Shown here: one piece after another, positions 62,821-64,000 of the stretch
Numbering within the stretch: position 1 is the first letter of the stretch
Layout: each line of letters starts with the position of its first letter
Origin: Rhizodiscina lignyota
Taxonomy: Eukaryota
DNA length: 64,000 bases
Direction of reading: 5' to 3'
NCBI GenBank assembly: GCA_010015805.1
Contig: ML978127.1
Location: 992,001 to 1,056,000, forward strand
The notes under the pieces: model-generated
The model's input: the letters and a program-made list of their open reading frames with translations, nothing else
What the model was told of the DNA's origin: nothing
The model's database searches: none
Made by a program: the position numbers and the translations under genes

Positions 62821-64000
62821 TCAATCATAGATATAGCACATATCGTAATCGATAGTCGACATCGCCTGCTCATGAGTGATCGTTGGTCCCACTGTGCCAA
62901 AGGACAACGGATCCTGGAGTGTTACAAGCGGCGCATTCGGGGAATCTGTGTTTCGATGAGCATCATCGTGCATGACATGGCACCCTTGAAACTGTGACAG
63001 CATACCAGTGAAAGGAACAGTTGTACCGCCAAGTGCCAGCTTTCGGTTCTCGAAGTCTTGTCCCTGCCAAATTGCCCATATGCGATCCAGCTGCGCGTGA
63101 TGCAAGTAGAAGACAGGATCTCCAGGACTCGCAAAAGGATCATTCTGCAGACCGCCAATGGAGAAATGTCCAGCGGAATGGACCTGTTGCTGAGTTTGCT
63201 GCTTCACGTAGCGACCCTTAGCGTACGGCCTAGAAGGCGCATTCACTGGAATAGTCTCCCAGCCATCAGCGCGCTTCTCAAGGCAAACAACATCAGGACA
63301 CTGAAGGAGATAGACAACATTATTGAGGCAAGACTGCTGTGACCAGGACGGGTTGATATCGCGTGTCAGACATCGAGGGTTATAATCGAGTGCTGAAGGA
63401 GCGGAGGTGTTGGCAGTAGGTCCGGCATTCTCCAGTGGCAGCGCAGCCAAAACTACCCTATTTGCGGGAGCGATTGTTGGCGACAATCCCAAGTGAACAG
63501 TGAGGTCTTGGAAAGGGCCCTTGTAGACGCACCCTCCGCCAGTTCCTGGGGTAAGTTCAAGATGGAGACCGAACGCTGTAAGTGTCGTGTTTCCATGCGG
63601 CTCATATCGACCATTACTGCCCATTGAATATCTGCCACCGTCGAATACTGGAGATTTGCGTTGATCGCGGCAATGTGGAACCCAGTCCCAGTACGGAATC
63701 GGTCCCTTATATCCACACTCGTCCTTCAACGCTTTCGAGTACAAGTGCGTTAGATATCGGTGCCAGGCGTACAAGTTGCCATTGAAATGAATATAATCCG
63801 ACTGTTGGATGTGTACCGCAACGAAGTCATCTAGGCGATTGAGCGCTCCCGGAACATCAGACGGATTGCTCTTGGCTGGTGACCTTTTGACGTCGTAGAG
63901 GCACTGGACTATCACCAGAATCTCAGCAAACGTAATGAGCAGTAGTGAATCAAGGTCAAGATACTCACCAGCTGAAATATATCGTGCTCGGTCGGTTTCT
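62821..64000 (-). CDS. Tyrosinase / di-copper-centre protein, 5' end beyond the window
   Basis: CuA H..IH..WHR (VHIQQSDYIHFNGNLYAWHR), PYWDW, GGGCV..GPF, NPRCLTRD, CuB HSAGH..SPGDPVFYLHHAQLDRIW, CYIYD. Confidence 0.92.
   Translation of the reverse strand, partial: ETDRARYISAGEYLDLDSLLLITFAEILVIVQCLYDVKRSPAKSNPSDVPGALNRLDDFVAVHIQQSDYIHFNGNLYAWHRYLTHLYSKALKDECGYKGPIPYWDWVPHCRDQRKSPVFDGGRYSMGSNGRYEPHGNTTLTAFGLHLELTPGTGGGCVYKGPFQDLTVHLGLSPTIAPANRVVLAALPLENAGPTANTSAPSALDYNPRCLTRDINPSWSQQSCLNNVVYLLQCPDVVCLEKRADGWETIPVNAPSRPYAKGRYVKQQTQQQVHSAGHFSIGGLQNDPFASPGDPVFYLHHAQLDRIWAIWQGQDFENRKLALGGTTVPFTGMLSQFQGCHVMHDDAHRNTDSPNAPLVTLQDPLSFGTVGPTITHEQAMSTIDYDMCYIYD

Overview
Eukaryotic genomic DNA from a filamentous ascomycete (Pezizomycotina): intron-containing genes with GT..CTRAY..YAG signals, Zn2Cys6 regulators and RIP-like mutation signatures. 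About 24 protein-coding loci. Conserved housekeeping genes (TOF1, 3-hydroxyacyl-CoA dehydrogenase, BYE1, a CCDC16/ZNF830-like gene, AAR2, RPT6, VNX1, a RING-H2 ligase, ILV2, eIF3c/NIP1) flank two accessory-looking blocks. Block 1 (about 2.2-27 kb) holds a PTH11-like receptor and two adjacent catabolic modules: [2-hydroxyacid dehydrogenase / PhyH dioxygenase / Zn2Cys6 TF] and [DenD-like SDR / class II aldolase / sugar porter / Zn2Cys6 TF / NmrA-like oxidoreductase]. It also holds a frameshifted 8-Cys GPI protein, a 4x51 bp minisatellite and a GH16 glucanase. Block 2 (about 52.7-58.2 kb) holds a RIP-damaged phosphotransferase pseudogene and a large multi-exon secreted protein with possible toxin-like architecture. 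Two diverged copies of a TA-flanked MITE lie at about 15.0 and 58.0 kb. No tRNA, rRNA, CRISPR or autonomous transposon was recognised. Exon structures and family assignments were made by eye from motifs; no database search was run.
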